From: Mobula hypostoma
Taxonomy: Eukaryota
DNA: 64,000 nucleotides
Assembly (NCBI RefSeq): GCF_963921235.1
Contig: NC_086109.1
Location: 12,028,001-12,092,000 of the forward strand
Direction: 5' to 3'
The notes under the pieces are model-generated. The model was not told the origin of the DNA. It did not search any database and was given only the letters and a program-made list of their open reading frames with translations. Shown piece by piece: positions 35,801 to 47,646 of the stretch (position 1 is the stretch's first letter; every line of letters begins with the position of its first letter). The position numbers were made by a program, and so were the translations under genes.

Positions 35801-38800
35801 GGGTCAGGTCATAGATCTCTCAGTGGGTGAGCATCTGGGGGACAGTGACCACTGCTCCCTGGCCTTTAACATTATCATGGAAAAGAATAGAATCAGAGAG
35901 GACAGGAAAATTTTTAACTGGGGAAAGGCAAATTATGAGGCTATAAGGCTAGAACTTGCGGGTGTGAATTGGGATGATGTTTCTGCAGGGTAATGTTCTA
36001 TGGACATGTAGTTGATGCTTAGGGATCTCTTGCAGGATGTTAGGGATAAATTTGTCCTGGTAAGGAAGATAAAGAATGGTAGGGTGAAGGAACCATGGGT
36101 GACAAGTGAGATGGAGAATCTAGTCAGGTGGAAGAAGGCAGCATATATGAGGTTTAGGAAGCAAGGATCAGATGGGTCTATTGAGGAATATAGGGTAGCA
36201 GAAAAGGAGCTTAGGAAGGGGCTGAGGAGAGCAAGAAGGGGGCATGAGAAGGCCTTGGTGAGTAGGGTAAAGGAAAACCCCAAGGCATTCTTCAATTATG
36301 TGAAGAACAAAAGAATGACAGCAGTGAAGGTAGGACCGATTAGAGATAAAGATGGGAAGATGTACCTGGAGGCTGTGGAAGTGAGCGAGGTCCTCAATGA
36401 ATACTTCTCTTCGGTATTCACCAACGAGAGGGAACTTGATGAAGGTGAGGACAATATGAGTGAGGTTGATGTTCTGGAGCATGTTGATATGAAGGGAGAG
36501 GAGGTGTTGGAGTTGTTGAAATACATTAGGACGGATGAGTCCCCAGGGCCTGACGGAATATTCCTCAGGCTGCTCCACGAGGCGAGGGAAGAGATTGCTG
36601 AGCCTCTGGCGAGGATCTTTATGTCCTCGTTGTCCACAGGAATGGTACCGGAGGATTGGAGGGAGGCGAATGTTGTCCCCTTGTTCAAGAAATGGTAGTA
36701 GGGATCGTCTGTGTAATTATAGACCAGTGAGCCTTACGTCTGTAGTGGGAAAGCTGTTGGAAAAGATTCTTAGAGACAGGATCTATGGGCGTTTAGCGAA
36801 TCATGGTTTGATCAGGGACAGTCAGCATGGCTTTGTGAAAGACAGATCGTGTCTGACAAGCCTGAAAGAGTTCTTTGAGGAGGTGAGCAGGCATATAGAT
36901 GAGGATAGTGCAGTGGATGTGTTCTACATGGATTTGAGTAAGGCATTTGACAAGGTTCCACATGGTAGGCTTATTCAGAAAGTCAGAAGGCATGGGATCC
37001 AGGAAAGTTTGGCGAAGTGGATTCAGAATTGGCTTGTCTGCAGAAAGCAGAGGGTCATTGTGGAGGGAGTACATTCGGATTGGAAGGTTGTGACTAGTGG
37101 TGTCCTACAAGGATCGGTTCTGGGACCTCTACTTTTCGTGATTTTTATTAACGACATGGATGTGGGGTTAGAAGAGTGGGTTGGCAAGTCTGCAGATGAC
37201 ACAAAGGTTGGTGGTGTTGTGGAAAGTGTAGAGGATTGTCAAAGATTGCAGAGAGACATTGATAGGATGCAGAAGTGGGCTGAGAAGTGGAAGATGGAGT
37301 TCAACCCAGAGAAGTGTGAGGTGGTCCACTTTGGAAGGATAAACTCCAAGGCAGAATACAAAGTAAATGGCAGGATACTTGGTAGTGTGGAGGAGCAGAG
37401 GGATCGGGGGCTACATGTCCACAGATCCCTGAAAGTTGCCTCACAGGTAGATAGGGTAGTTAAGAAAGCTTATGGAGTATTAGCTTTCATAAGTTGAGGG
37501 ATAGGGTTTAAGAGTCATGGGGTAATGATGCAGCTCTATAAAACTCTGGTTAGGTCACACTTGGAGTACTGTGTCCATTTCTAGTCGCCTTACTATAGGA
37601 AGGATGTGGAAGCATTGGAAAGGGTACAGAGGAGATTTACCAGGATGCTGCCTGGTTTAGAGAGTATGCATTATGATCAGAGATTAAGGGAGCTAGGGGT
37701 TTACTCTTTGGAGAGAAGGAGGATGAGACGAGACATGATAGAGGTATACAAGATATTAAGAGGAATAGATAGAGTGGACAGCCAGTGCCTCTTCCCCAGG
37801 GCACCACTGCTCAGTACAAGAGGACATGGTTTTAAGGTAGGGGTGAGAAGTTCAAGGGGGATATTAGAGGAAGGTTTTTTACTCAGAGAGTGGTTGGTGC
37901 GTGGAATGCACTGCCTGAGTCAGCGGTGGAGGCAGATACACTAGTGAAATTTAAGAGACTACTAGACAGGTATATTGAGGAATTTAAGGTGGGGGGGTTA
38001 TATGGGAGGCAGGGTTTGAGGGTCGGCACAACATTGTGGGCCGAAGGGCCTGTACTGTGCTGTACTATTCTATGTTCAAGACATGAACATAACCAGACTG
38101 GTCTAATACCCTGGAGGACAGGATCTTGATTGAGGTGTTGGTGCATTTGGATGATCTTAAAGTGTTCGGGTCCACCTCGGAGGAACATGAAGCGGGGCTA
38201 CTGAGGGTGCTGGGCTGCCTGAAATCTGAAGGGTTAAAACTTTTCCTGGAAAAGTGCCAGTTCTGCAAGACATCTGTCACTTATGTTTGGCACATGGTCT
38301 CAAAGTTTGAAATAGCTTCAATAGAGTTGGTGACCATCTGGCCAAGGCCCCAGACCATCAGGGTCCACAGGCTACCTGTGATTGTCTGCCTCTGATTTCA
38401 GCCTGAAATACCAGCCAGGAAGTCAGATCATTGATGCCAATGCATTGTTCCAATGTGCACATGAAGGGCTGGACAGGAACAGAGAGTAGGAGAGCATTCC
38501 TGCCCCGGGAGTCAAAGCCACATGCCAGTTTTCCATCACGGTGAAGGCAGAGGAAAGGCAAGGGCAGAATCGAGCGGTAGATCTTTTGGGAGCTTGTCAT
38601 GGTGCTACTCCACGGGCTTACTGCATCCTGACTGCTCTGAAGACAAAGCAGTTGCCGGAATTGAGTCCTGGGGAAGTGGCAGCTGCTTAGAGAGATGACC
38701 CATGCATGGGCACCATCTGGTCAGCAGTTGTGGAAGGGGCCATGGCCCAAGTGGACGAGCTGAATCTCTCTGCTACTGAGTGGATGGCCCAGATTGGAGC

Positions 38801-41800
38801 TGAGGAACCAGATTCGATTACCGGGTCACATCGCCTCCAGACAGGCCTTGGCATTCCCGGCTGGTTCTGTATGAGAAGTATCAGAGGATTGTGTTGAAGT
38901 CACTGCATGATGATTCCAGTCGTTTGAGGGTTGACAAGACTTATGGATTGCTGAAAGATCAGTCCTACTGGCCCCAAATGAAGCCGGAGGTCAACGAATA
39001 CAGTAAGTCGTGCATTCGATACACATGGCGGAAGATGCTGCCTACAAGGGCCGTTCCATTGTCCCACTTACAGAGTGCGGTGTCACTTGACCTGGTGTGT
39101 ATGGATTTCCTATCAACAGAGCCTGGTGCCAGCAACATGTGAATGTCTTGGTCATTACCGATCACTACACCAGATTTGCGCAAGCCTTCCCTACCAAGAA
39201 TCAGAAGGCGTCCACCATGGCCAAAGTGTTATGGGAGAATTGTATCTTTTATTATGGCCTCCCCAGGCGAATACTGTACATAGTGATCAGGGACAGGATT
39301 TACAGAATAGGCTCATACATGAGTTACTGAGCATGCTTGGAGTTAAGAAGTCAAGGACTAAGCCTTATCACACACAGGGTGATCTGCAGCATGAGAGGCT
39401 CAATTGGATCTTGCTAGACATGCTCGGAACCTTGGAAATTAGTAAAAAAGGACAAGTGGAGTCAACATACTGAACGTCTGGTTCACTGCTACAACTGTAC
39501 ACAGAATGAAGCTGCCATATTATCTGATATTTGGGCGTGAAGCGAGGTTTCCCGTTGACCTCTGTTTTGGGACTGGTGAGGAAGATCTACTACAGCAAAC
39601 TTATCAGAAGTATGTGTCTGATATGAAGGACACCAGTGGGGTTTCACATGTACGGAGCAAAAACAGATGGGGGAGATAGTAAATGCATTCTTTGCATCTG
39701 TATTTAGTTGGGAGATGGATACAGAGTCTGTAGAAATGAGGCAAAGTAGCATCAACTTCATTGACCATCTACAGATTACAGAGGAAGAGGTATTTGCTAC
39801 CCTGAGGCAAATCAGTGTGGATAAATTCCCAGGACCTGAGAAGATGTTCCCTTGGACACTATGGGAGGGAAGTGTAGAAATTGCCAGAGCCCTAGGAGAG
39901 ATATTTAAAATATCCTTAGTGACAGGAGAAGTATCAGAGGATTGGAGGATAACCAATGTTGTTCTGCTGCTTAAAAAAGGCTCTAAATACAAATTAGGAA
40001 GTTATGGGCCAGTGCATCTGACATCAGTAGTGAGAAAGTTATTGGAAGGTATTCTAAGGGACGGGATATATTAAGTATTTGGATAGACATGGACTGATTA
40101 AGGATAGGCAGCATGGCTTTGTGCATGGTAGGTCATATCTAACCAATATTATAGAGTATGTCAAGGAAGTTACCAGGAAAGTGGATGAAGACAAAGCAGT
40201 GGACGTTGTCAGCATGCATTGAGTTAAGCATTTAAAAATATTCCGTATGGGAGGCTTGTCAAGAAGTTTCAGTCACTTGGCATTCAGGATGAGGTAGTAA
40301 ATCGGATTAGATATAGGCTTGTGGGAGAAGCCAGAGAATAGTAGTATATGGTTGCCTCTCTGACTCGAGGCCTGTGACTAGTAGTGTCCTGCAGGGATGG
40401 AAGTGGGTCCTTTGTTGTTTGTCATCTGTATCAATGATCTGGATGATAACGTGGTTAACTGGATCAGCAAATTTGTAGATGACACCAAGACTGGGGGTGT
40501 AGTGGGTAGTGAGGAAGGCTATCATGGCTTGTAGATGGATCTGCATAAGCAGGAAAATTGGGCTGAAAAATGGCAGAAAGAATTTAATACAGACAAGTGC
40601 GATGTTTTGCACTTCGGTAGGACCGACCAGGGTAGGTTTTACACAGTGAATGGTAGGGCAATGAGAGTATGGTAGAACAGAGGGATCTGGGAAAACAGGT
40701 ACATAATTTGTTGAAAGTGGTGTCACGGGTAGATAAAGTTGCAAAGAAAGCTTTTAGCACATTGGCCTTCATAACTCAATGAGTACAGAAGATGGGATGT
40801 TACATTGAAGTTGTATAGAACATTTGGAAGGTCTAATTTGGAGTATTGTGTGCAGTTTTGGTCACCTATCTGCAGGAAAGATGTAAACAAGTGTAACACG
40901 CTGTGTGGTTTCACTGCTAATGTAATGGTTTCTCTGTAGCAATGTTTGGGTTATGACTAGAGATAACGGGGCCTTGGAATAGAAACATAGAAACATAGAA
41001 AATAGGTGCAGGAGTAGGCCATTCGGCCCTTCGAGCCTGCACCGCCATTTATTATGATCATGGCTGATCATCCAACTCAGAACCCAGCCTTCCCTCCATA
41101 CCCCCTGACCCCTGAAGCCACAAGGGCCATATCTAACTTCCTTTTAAACATAGCTAATGAACTGGCCTCAACAGTTTGCTGTGGCAGAGAATTCCACAGA
41201 TTCACCACTCTCTGTGTGAAGAAGTTTTTCCTAACCTCGGTCCTAAAAGGCTTCCCCTCTATCCTCAAACTGTGACCCCTCGTTCTAGACCTCCCCAACA
41301 TCGGGAACAATCTTCCTGCATCTAGCCTGTCCAATCCCTTTAGGATCTTATACGTTTCAATCAGATCCCCCCTCAATCTTCTAAATTCCAACGAGTACAA
41401 GCCGGATGGAGTGGACTTGGAGCGAGGGTCAGAGGATCAGTTTTGCTTGGGGGAGGTCGACGGGAAACCAGTGGATTGAACAGTGAGCTCCAACATTGCG
41501 CACAAGACTGTTTCATGAGAATGGGCCCGTTTCTTTGTTTTGTTTCCTTACTAACCCTGTAGTCAAATTAAGAATTATAAAGCACAATCGTTTAATTGCA
41601 TATTGTGTACTGTCTGTTATTTCGTGGTACTGATTTGTAACGGGGACACATCACACAGCATCCACCCAATTGAGATTTCTTAAGTTACGACAGGCCGGGG
41701 GGCTATCATCTTCTAGATTAAGCCGCTAGCCGAAGCGAGTTGCACAAGGTTGAAAGATTGCAGTGAAAATTTACAAGGATGTTGCCAGGGCTGGAAGACC

Positions 41801-44136
41801 TGAGTAACAGGGAAAGATTGAAGAGGTTCGCACTGTATTCTTTAGAATGTAGAAGATTGCTAACTTCCAGCAAGATGATGGTGTAAATGGTCACAGTGGC
41901 TTCTATGGGGTCACTAAAAGGTGTTACTGTCGTACCTAAATGTACATATAATGATCACAAGCTTCTACTATGCATTAACAACTCGAAGGACTGCAGGTCT
42001 ACACCATTAGCGAGTTGCTCACTGGCAGAGGTAAGGAAGGAGCCACGCAAGGTGCCGCTGCCTGAGTCAATGTAGCCGACATGGTCACTTTTCTTGTGAT
42101 AGCAGGACCACCTTGGACATTGTTAATATGGTATGCCACAAGTTCTATTCGCAGATTTATTGGATGTGAGCAAGGGCAGATGGAAAGAGCCGATTCTTTG
42201 GCCGTAACGAGGACTAGGCCTGAAACCATGGTGTCGCCTGCTTGCAGCCGCCCGGACTGAGAGAGCAAAGCCGATGCGCGTCACTGGGAATGGTGTGGCA
42301 CAGTGTCCAGAAAGGAGTCGGAGCTGCCCTCCCAGGATTTCACTCAGCAGAAGACAAGCTCTGACGTGGCTGACTGCAGATCTTTCAGCGACATTGAATG
42401 GGCTTGGGCCTCAAGCTGTGGGTCTCTTGCTTTTTGGTCATTGGAGTTGAGGCATTCGAGCCACTGAGCTACTGGGGGCGGCATAGCTCATTTGTGGGAT
42501 GGAAGATTTAAAATGGACTGAGGGGTCTGGACTATATACATATATATTTGTCTGGTTGTGTTTTGTATATGCGAGGACTGGGTCTCAAAGCCACGGATTC
42601 GCCTACTGGGAGTTGGGTGTCAGGACGAGGACTGGGCCTTAAAGCCACAGTGTCACTAAGCGGGTGTTGGGGGCCTGTCAACAGATGATATCAGTGGGCT
42701 GGGGTGTCTGAGCTTTTAAAAGACATTTAGATCGGGACCTGAATGTGGAGAAAATGGAAGGATATCGATATTGTGCAGACAGAAGGGATAAGTTTAGTTG
42801 GCAATTTGATTACTAATTTAATTAGTTCAGCACAATATTATAGGCCGAAGTACTGTTCTATGTTCTATTTGATCTCCTTACAGTCTTTTTCTGCCCCATT
42901 AACCATCCAAATGCCCCTAGGGTGAAAATCTTTCCTCCTTCCTATCAATCACCTGGTCAATTTCACCCCATCTGCTGGTGTCTTCGCCACATACCCTGCA
43001 TTTGAGTCCACATTGTCAAAGAGTACTGAACATCATCGAACCTCACGAGCAATCATATCCCCCAAATGCTACTATGTTGATGGCATCTTTTAAGTGGGGC
43101 AATGAATGTTTAAGGAAAATATTTCTCAAATTCCCTAACTGAACTCTACAAACATCCCCACCTGGAATTACTCAGTAAAACTATGATTGAAGACAATAAA
43201 TACCGGCACTGAGCCTCTGCAGGGCGAGCGTCCGTGACAAGCTTTTTAAAAAATGGGTAAAAGGGAAAAATTACAGGGTGCTGCTGAATAAAACAATTGT
43301 TCAGAGTTTGAGGAAGTGAATGAGAAGGAAATGGATTCTGAGTGCAAGATCAGCCCTCAACCCACACAGAAATGAAGAACAAGACATTTCAATATCAGGA
43401 ACAGCTGTAAAAACTGCAAAAACTTATTTTTCATGTATAATTCCTATGCTGATTTTAGTGAGTACAAGGCAGCATTAAAATCATGTTTCATGGATGGAAA
43501 GGGTGCCTTTGCATTTTATAGTGCAAACTTTTACAAATTAACTGTTCTCTAGGCAGCAACATTTTCTGCCACCATTATCCTCCACACTGGTGCCACACCA
43601 GGACCAGGACGTGTACTCAACTCAATACACTTCTCCTGTACACCCACAACTACCCGCCCCTGCCCCCACGAGCCCCAGTGCAGGGCCTCCAACGGGAGCA
43701 CCTTTTTCCTCCATAGATACTGCTGGACCCATACAGTACTCTAAGCATTGTGTCTGTGCTTCCATACACCAAAAGAGTTGAACCTATTTATGGAGTATTT
43801 TCTGTCTTTACATATCTGCACATACCTTACCATCTCTGCTACTGAAACGGAGCACTAGACCCGAATTAACACTGATCATTTGAATGACAAATAAATGGCA
43901 GATGTTGGAAATCTGAGACAAAAACAGAATGTGCTGGGAATACTGTGTATGTCAGGCTGAATCTCTGGGAAGTGAAACAGGATCAAAAGGTCTTGGGTCT
44001 GAAACATTCACTGTTTCATTTCCACGGGTACAGCCTGACCAGCTGAGTATTTCCTGCATTTACCAGTCTCTGTAATGTCCCGTGCCGGCAGTCACTCACC
44101 GGGCAGTGAATAGATGAGAAGAACTGGAATCCACAT
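15634..44136 (-). CDS. Multi-exon CD300/pIgR-like (MDIR-type) receptor with 3 IgV domains, putatively activating, ~450 aa
   Basis: Hand-spliced: join(44100-44136, 25783-26103, 24251-24571, 22837-23157, 20003-20162, [16684-16695], 16524-16614, 15634-15723) = 1353 nt. All introns are GT-AG, phases are compatible and there are no stops. Confidence 0.8.
16524..16614 (-). CDS. Transmembrane exon ([30 protein letters not shown])
   Basis: ccctttgttcag acceptor, AAG|GTAAGT donor, phase 2-to-0; hydrophobic helix followed by a basic stop-transfer; Lys/Arg at the N-terminal end of the helix. Confidence 0.88.
16684..16695 (-). CDS. Candidate 12-nt micro-exon (AGGAACCAGGAG; adds R-G-T-R before S-Y-M)
   Basis: gatttcacag acceptor and GAG|GTAAAT donor; frame-preserving; the 69-nt intron to the TM exon is borderline short. 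Confidence 0.4.
16955..17260 (+). mobile_element. V-SINE-like element
   Basis: Core gtttgtacattctc...gggtgctccggtttcctcccata. Confidence 0.65.
17755..18050 (+). mobile_element. tRNA-derived V-SINE-like element
   Basis: A-box-like gcgtagtggtt head; core ggttttccctcggtgctctggtttcc; tail ctgtatctcagtaaata. Confidence 0.7.
20003..20162 (-). CDS. Ser/Thr-rich stalk exon ([53 protein letters not shown])
   Basis: ctctacag acceptor, AG|GTACAA donor, phase 1-to-2 links IgV to TM; internal 39-nt tandem duplication; paralog at 4251-4359. Confidence 0.85.
20175..20670 (-). mobile_element. Rex1/Babar-type LINE 3' fragment with (TATGAC)n tail
   Basis: ORF 20331-20771 AVVCWGS...HPLH...[13 protein letters not shown]; AATAAA at 20206-20211; absent from the paralogous site at ~4370. 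Confidence 0.85.
22837..23157 (-). CDS. IgV exon D3 (membrane-proximal)
   Basis: 321 nt, phase 1-1; [13 protein letters not shown]...IDCHY...[11 protein letters not shown]...DTGWYSC...LQVSD. Has the canonical V-set Cys/Trp plus the extra C-C' Cys pair typical of the CD300/pIgR/TREM family. Confidence 0.95.
23299..23779. mobile_element. Mariner-derived MITE (481 bp) inside a Rex fragment, intron D2-D3
   Basis: TIR CGAGGG.TGATTGATAAG... / ...CTTATCAATCATTCCTTG; transposase C-terminal remnant ([13 protein letters not shown]); inserted in a TA-rich site. Confidence 0.85.
23778..23822. repeat. (TG)n microsatellite
   Basis: About 22 TG units at the MITE right end; only a few units in the paralogous intron at 25350. 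Confidence 0.95.
24251..24571 (-). CDS. IgV exon D2
   Basis: 321 nt, phase 1-1; 8 nt differences from D1 and 12 from D3 by manual count. Confidence 0.95.
24714..25351. mobile_element. Mariner-derived palindromic MITE (638 bp), intron D1-D2
   Basis: TA|CGAGGGATGATTGATAAG TIR; ~155-bp inverted arms each carrying the transposase tail ([14 protein letters not shown]). Confidence 0.85.
25783..26103 (-). CDS. IgV exon D1 (N-terminal)
   Basis: 321 nt, phase 1-1; joins the leader to give [25 protein letters not shown]. Confidence 0.95.
26125..27536 (-). mobile_element. Rex1/Babar LINE, 5'-truncated and degenerate
   Basis: IFNLSL...[12 protein letters not shown]...[10 protein letters not shown]; ADDTPIVG; [11 protein letters not shown]...[18 protein letters not shown]; (CTGATT)-type tail ~25-30 nt from the D1 acceptor. 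Confidence 0.88.
28832..29767 (+). CDS. CR1 ORF1p (zinc finger, coiled coil, SGNH/GDSL esterase), 311 aa
   Basis: CSGCQMW...CTRC; VVGDSLVRG; HIGTNDI; DRLHLN; ATG at 28832. Confidence 0.88.
   Translation: MPAGLVLCSGCQMWESWETSSLPDGHICTRCTELQLLRDRVRDLELQLDDLLLIRESEKVIDRSYREVVIPRLQGSESWVTVKRGKGNAQIVESTPVAVPLSHKYLVLDAVEGDDLTGDAHGDRVSGTEPGTVVQERRREKRNAVVVGDSLVRGTDRRFCEPDRDTRMVCCLPGARVRDVSDRVLNILKGEGEQPVVLVHIGTNDIDRTKEEVLKRDFQELGRKLRSRTSSVVISGLLPVPRASEGKSSRIRQMNAWLRDWCRGQGFRFLDNWDLFWGKYDLFKKDRLHLNPKGTNILAGKFNRAVREGLN
29836..32730 (+). pseudogene. CR1 ORF2 (APE + RT), broken by a stop at ~30400 and a frameshift at ~30960
   Basis: [42 protein letters not shown]. Confidence 0.92.
32833..33665 (+). 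mobile_element. Older CR1 3' fragment abutting the CR1 tail
   Basis: Degenerate KFVNDMKI...[13 protein letters not shown]...; ends cctatatcttatgg. Confidence 0.8.
34925..38077 (+). mobile_element. Second CR1 (different subfamily), 5'-truncated within ORF1; ORF2 frameshifted
   Basis: FLDNWALF...DGLHLN end of the esterase; [10 protein letters not shown]; SPGPDG; QGSVLGP; 3' tail gtactattctatgttc. Confidence 0.92.
38120..39625 (+). mobile_element. Gypsy LTR-retrotransposon pol fragment (RT, integrase), degenerate
   Basis: HLDDLKVFG...KCQFC; LHD...KTYGLLK...YWP; MDFL...[20 protein letters not shown]; TKPYH.QG. Confidence 0.85.
39630..40900 (+). mobile_element. CR1 RT fragment
   Basis: LNAFFASVF...FPGPEKMFP...[13 protein letters not shown]. 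Confidence 0.82.
40979..41403 (-). mobile_element. Young CR1 3' end, (TTTCTATG)n tail
   Basis: [28 protein letters not shown]; near-identical to 54344-54749 and 62797-63193. Confidence 0.92.
44100..44136 (-). CDS. Leader (signal-peptide) exon [12 protein letters not shown]
   Basis: acaATG (A at -3); 37 nt, phase 1; CCG|GTGAGT consensus donor; completed as VSG|ALW by the IgV exon. Confidence 0.88.
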
Positions 44137-44270
44137 TGTTCTGTTGGCAGTGACCGACCGGGCAGCACTTGTCTGTTGCTCAGCTCTTCGCTCTAAGAAC
44201 TAAATAAATGACTCAGACAAATAGGACGTGGAAGTTGAATGAGGAAGGAGAAGGCAACAGGAAGCTGAGT
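44137..44270 (-). promoter_or_regulatory. Candidate proximal promoter
   Basis: AP-1 consensus TGACTCA at 44209-44215 and three Ets/PU.1 GGAA cores (44230, 44243, 44260) within 130 nt of the ATG; motif-level evidence only. Confidence 0.4.
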
Positions 44271-46289
44271 TGTGAAACAGCAGTGAGCCAGAGGCTGAAA
44301 TCGGGCACCTTAGAATCTGAGGCCCCCTCGGTTGAACTAAACAGATGAACCAAATCGAATTTTAACTATCTCATTGAAATGGTGAAGGATAGTTATTGTC
44401 AGCAAAACTATTAATAACAGCCTGACTGAAGAGTTAATGGTGACTGTGACAAAAATACTGCTATTACTCCAGTCGAGTATGATGTTTTCCTTATTCCCTT
44501 TATGGAGAAACGCCTGTGCGTAACTTTGTTTAACGTGGGGAGGCTGATGCACAGTGAAAGTCCCTGACAAATCAGTGTCAGGGAGTGCAGAACAACTGTG
44601 GACCTTATCTGCTGCAGCCTTCCTCCATTGTGATGTATCACCATCTTCTGCTAGCTCCACTGTTGAGAATTTGTTGGATCGCTCTTTGACTGGAAACGCC
44701 CCTTTGACCATACTGCCATTGGAGACCGACCAGGAACTAAGCTGATGACAGCATCAGAAAATCACAAGCCACTCCATCGCAATGAGGTCACTATCCTCAA
44801 AGAAGGGTACCATGTCTATTGGGAGGGGTTGCTTCAGTCGGCGATACTCCAGAGATCTTACCTGCGGCTTGCACAAAAATCAGGACATGTCCTGCCTCGC
44901 CAGGCTTTCCTGGGTGTCAGTCGACTGGGGCAATAACAGGGAGCTGTGCTTTGGTGTCTCCAAACTCACACATGAGCCAGGGCTCTCTAGAGCATAAGTA
45001 TAGTCCGGAACTTAACTGGAAACCTGTTCATCTATGGACTGAGTGAGTAAAGTTGAGTGGTGGGAGAATTACAATGTGTTTTCTGACCCCAGCACTGACT
45101 GTTTCCACAACCTATGGACTCACTTTCAAGGACTCTTCATCTCGTGCTCTCGATTAATTATTGTTTGATGATATTATTTTGGTTTTTTTTGTATTTGCAC
45201 AGTTTGTTGTCTTTCGCACATGGGTTGGTTGTCCATCTTGAATGTTTTTTTTTCCATTGAATCTCTGGTGTTTATTTGTATTTACTGCCAATCTGTCACA
45301 GGAAATTTCTTTAAAGAAGAGATTTTTTTTCAGTTAGTATGTGGGTTGTATTTTTTTCACTGAGTATGCAGTACTTCTTGCCTTGTTTACCTTTTATGTC
45401 TAATTGTTTGTCTTTGGATTATCTGCGTTTTTCACTTTGTGTTACAGGAGTCTCATTTGGGATCATGGAGATTTCAGCCTGTCTTTGCATTTATCACTTT
45501 TATTCAATTAGCACGGTATTGTCAATATCTTGCATTGGAGTTGTTGCCTTTGGGGATTAGTACTTCGTGTGGAAATCTATGTTGTCTGATTGGCACTGAA
45601 TTCCTATGGGTTCCAGCGTGTATTTGAAGAGTGCTTGCCAATTCCCCTTTGCTTGGTCATTGTGGATACTTGCCTGGTGAAACTCAGACCGAGTTCTTCG
45701 CTGTATCAGGTTATTTCAATTCTTCAAGATTCTCTGTAGTGTGCTTGTTAGTTTTGCTGGTTATTTTATGGAATAAGTCTCTTGTTTTGTTTGGATTGTT
45801 GAAATCACTGTGATTCCTGCACTTGAGTTCGCTAGTGACCCTTTCAGAATGCCCACAAGAAAGTGAACCTCAGAGCTATATATTGTGACAGAAATGCACT
45901 TTGATACTAAATTTATTTTGAACTTTAAAATCCTTCCCATTTGAACAAGATCTTCCCATGGGAACAAATTCCATCTGAAATCCAAGGCTCAGAAAGCCCA
46001 CCAGTGAGAACAAAGCTGGACAATGAGAGCAAGCCCCACTCACGAGGAGAAGCCTTGTCCATGACCTCGGCCCTGCTCATGCCTACAGTTTTCAGCCATC
46101 ATAAGTCCCTCTCCTGATCTGTTCCCTGTCCACCGGCCATCAGAGAGTCAGGTGCGGTACTATGCCGTCTGCCACGGGAATCCCTGCAGCCAACATTGAG
46201 CCTACACGTGGCAGAGCCAGCAGCAGGAATGGTCACCATTAGGGAATCACCGAATGGGTTTGAAAAGCTTGTGCCCTTCCATCCTAATT

Positions 46290-46480
46290 GATGTTAACTT
46301 TACCATGTAGCGGCTATCATAACACTATTACAGCGCCAGTGACCCAGGTTCAATTCCCACCACTGTCTGTAAGGAGTTTGTACATTCTCCCTATGACCAT
46401 GTGGGTTTCCTCTGGGTGCTCCAGTTTCCTCCCACATTCCAAAGACACACAGGTTAGCAGGTTCATTAGGCAGTGAATTC
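46290..46480 (+). mobile_element. V-SINE-like element
   Basis: ggttcaattccc B-box-like motif; core gtttgtacattctccc...gggtgctccagtttcctcccacattccaaagac. Confidence 0.75.
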
Positions 46481-46859
46481 TTGTTGGGCTAGATATATCC
46501 CTAAATAAAATCAAATAAAAAATAAAAATTGTCCAGCTGAGAGTGGGCAATGCCTCCTGAGACACCAGATGTTCTGCTGGTGATTTTGAACACCTCACAT
46601 TGAAGGGTCGCAATCCAAAACATCAGCTTGCCATTTCTCACTGTAGACACTGCCTGGTCCGCTGAGTTCCTGCAGCAGTTTGTGTGGGGTTTTGGTTGTG
46701 GGCAGGGTCCGGGAAAGGAGGAATTCCCAGAGTGGGCAGGTTCCTGTAGCAATTGGGACGTCCCACTGGCTGAACAGATTCAGCAGAGTGGGAAGACTTT
46801 GAAGAAATTTACTGAGTGCTTGTGTACAGGAACCGGCTCTGACAACAATCATGAACTCC

Positions 46860-47646
46860 AAATGTATGTAAATTCAGAGTTCAGCAGAGGAGGACAAAGG
46901 GTTTAATTAGGAAGGGGAAAAAAGATTATGAGAGAAAACTGGCAGGGAACATAAAAACAGACTGTAAAAGCTTTTATTGATATGTAAAAAGGAAAAGACT
47001 GGTAAAGACAAATGTAGGTCCCCTGCAGACAGAAACAGGTGAATTGATTATGGGGAGCAAGGACATGGCAGGCCAATTGAATAATTACTTTGGTTCTGTC
47101 TTCACTAAGGAGGACATAAATAATCTTCCAGAAATAGTAAGGGACAGAGGGTCCAGTGAGATGGAGGAACTGAGCGAAATACATGTTAGTAGGGAAGTGG
47201 TGTTAGGTAAATTGAAGGGATTGAAGGCAGATAAATCCCCAGGGCCAGATGGTCTGCATCCTAGAGTGCTTAAGGAAGTAGCCCAAGAAATAGTGGATGT
47301 ATTAGTGATAATTTTTCAAAACTCGTTAGATTCTGGGCTAGTTCCTGAGGATTGGAGGGTGGCTAATGTAACCCCACTTTTTAAAAAAGGAGGGAGAGAG
47401 AAACCGGGGAATTATAGACCGGTTAGCCTAACGTCGGTGGTGGGGAAACTGCTGGAGTCAGTTATCAAGGATGTGATAACAGCACATTTGGAAAGCGGTG
47501 AAATGATCGGACAAAGTCAGCATGGATTTGTGAAAGGAAAATCATGTCTGACGAATCTCATAGAATTTTTTGAGGATGTAACTAGTAGAGTGGATAGGGG
47601 AGAACCAGTGGATGTGGTATATTTGGATTTTCAAAAGGCTTTTGAC
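46860..47646 (+). mobile_element. CR1 RT, 5' part (host of the L1 insertion)
   Basis: ORF 47044-47676 KSPGPDGLHP...[11 protein letters not shown], interrupted at that motif. Confidence 0.92.

Noticed and set aside
44337-45046. Overlapping ORFs upstream of the promoter
   Set aside because: No recognisable motif or consistent splice sites; possibly an unclassified decayed repeat.
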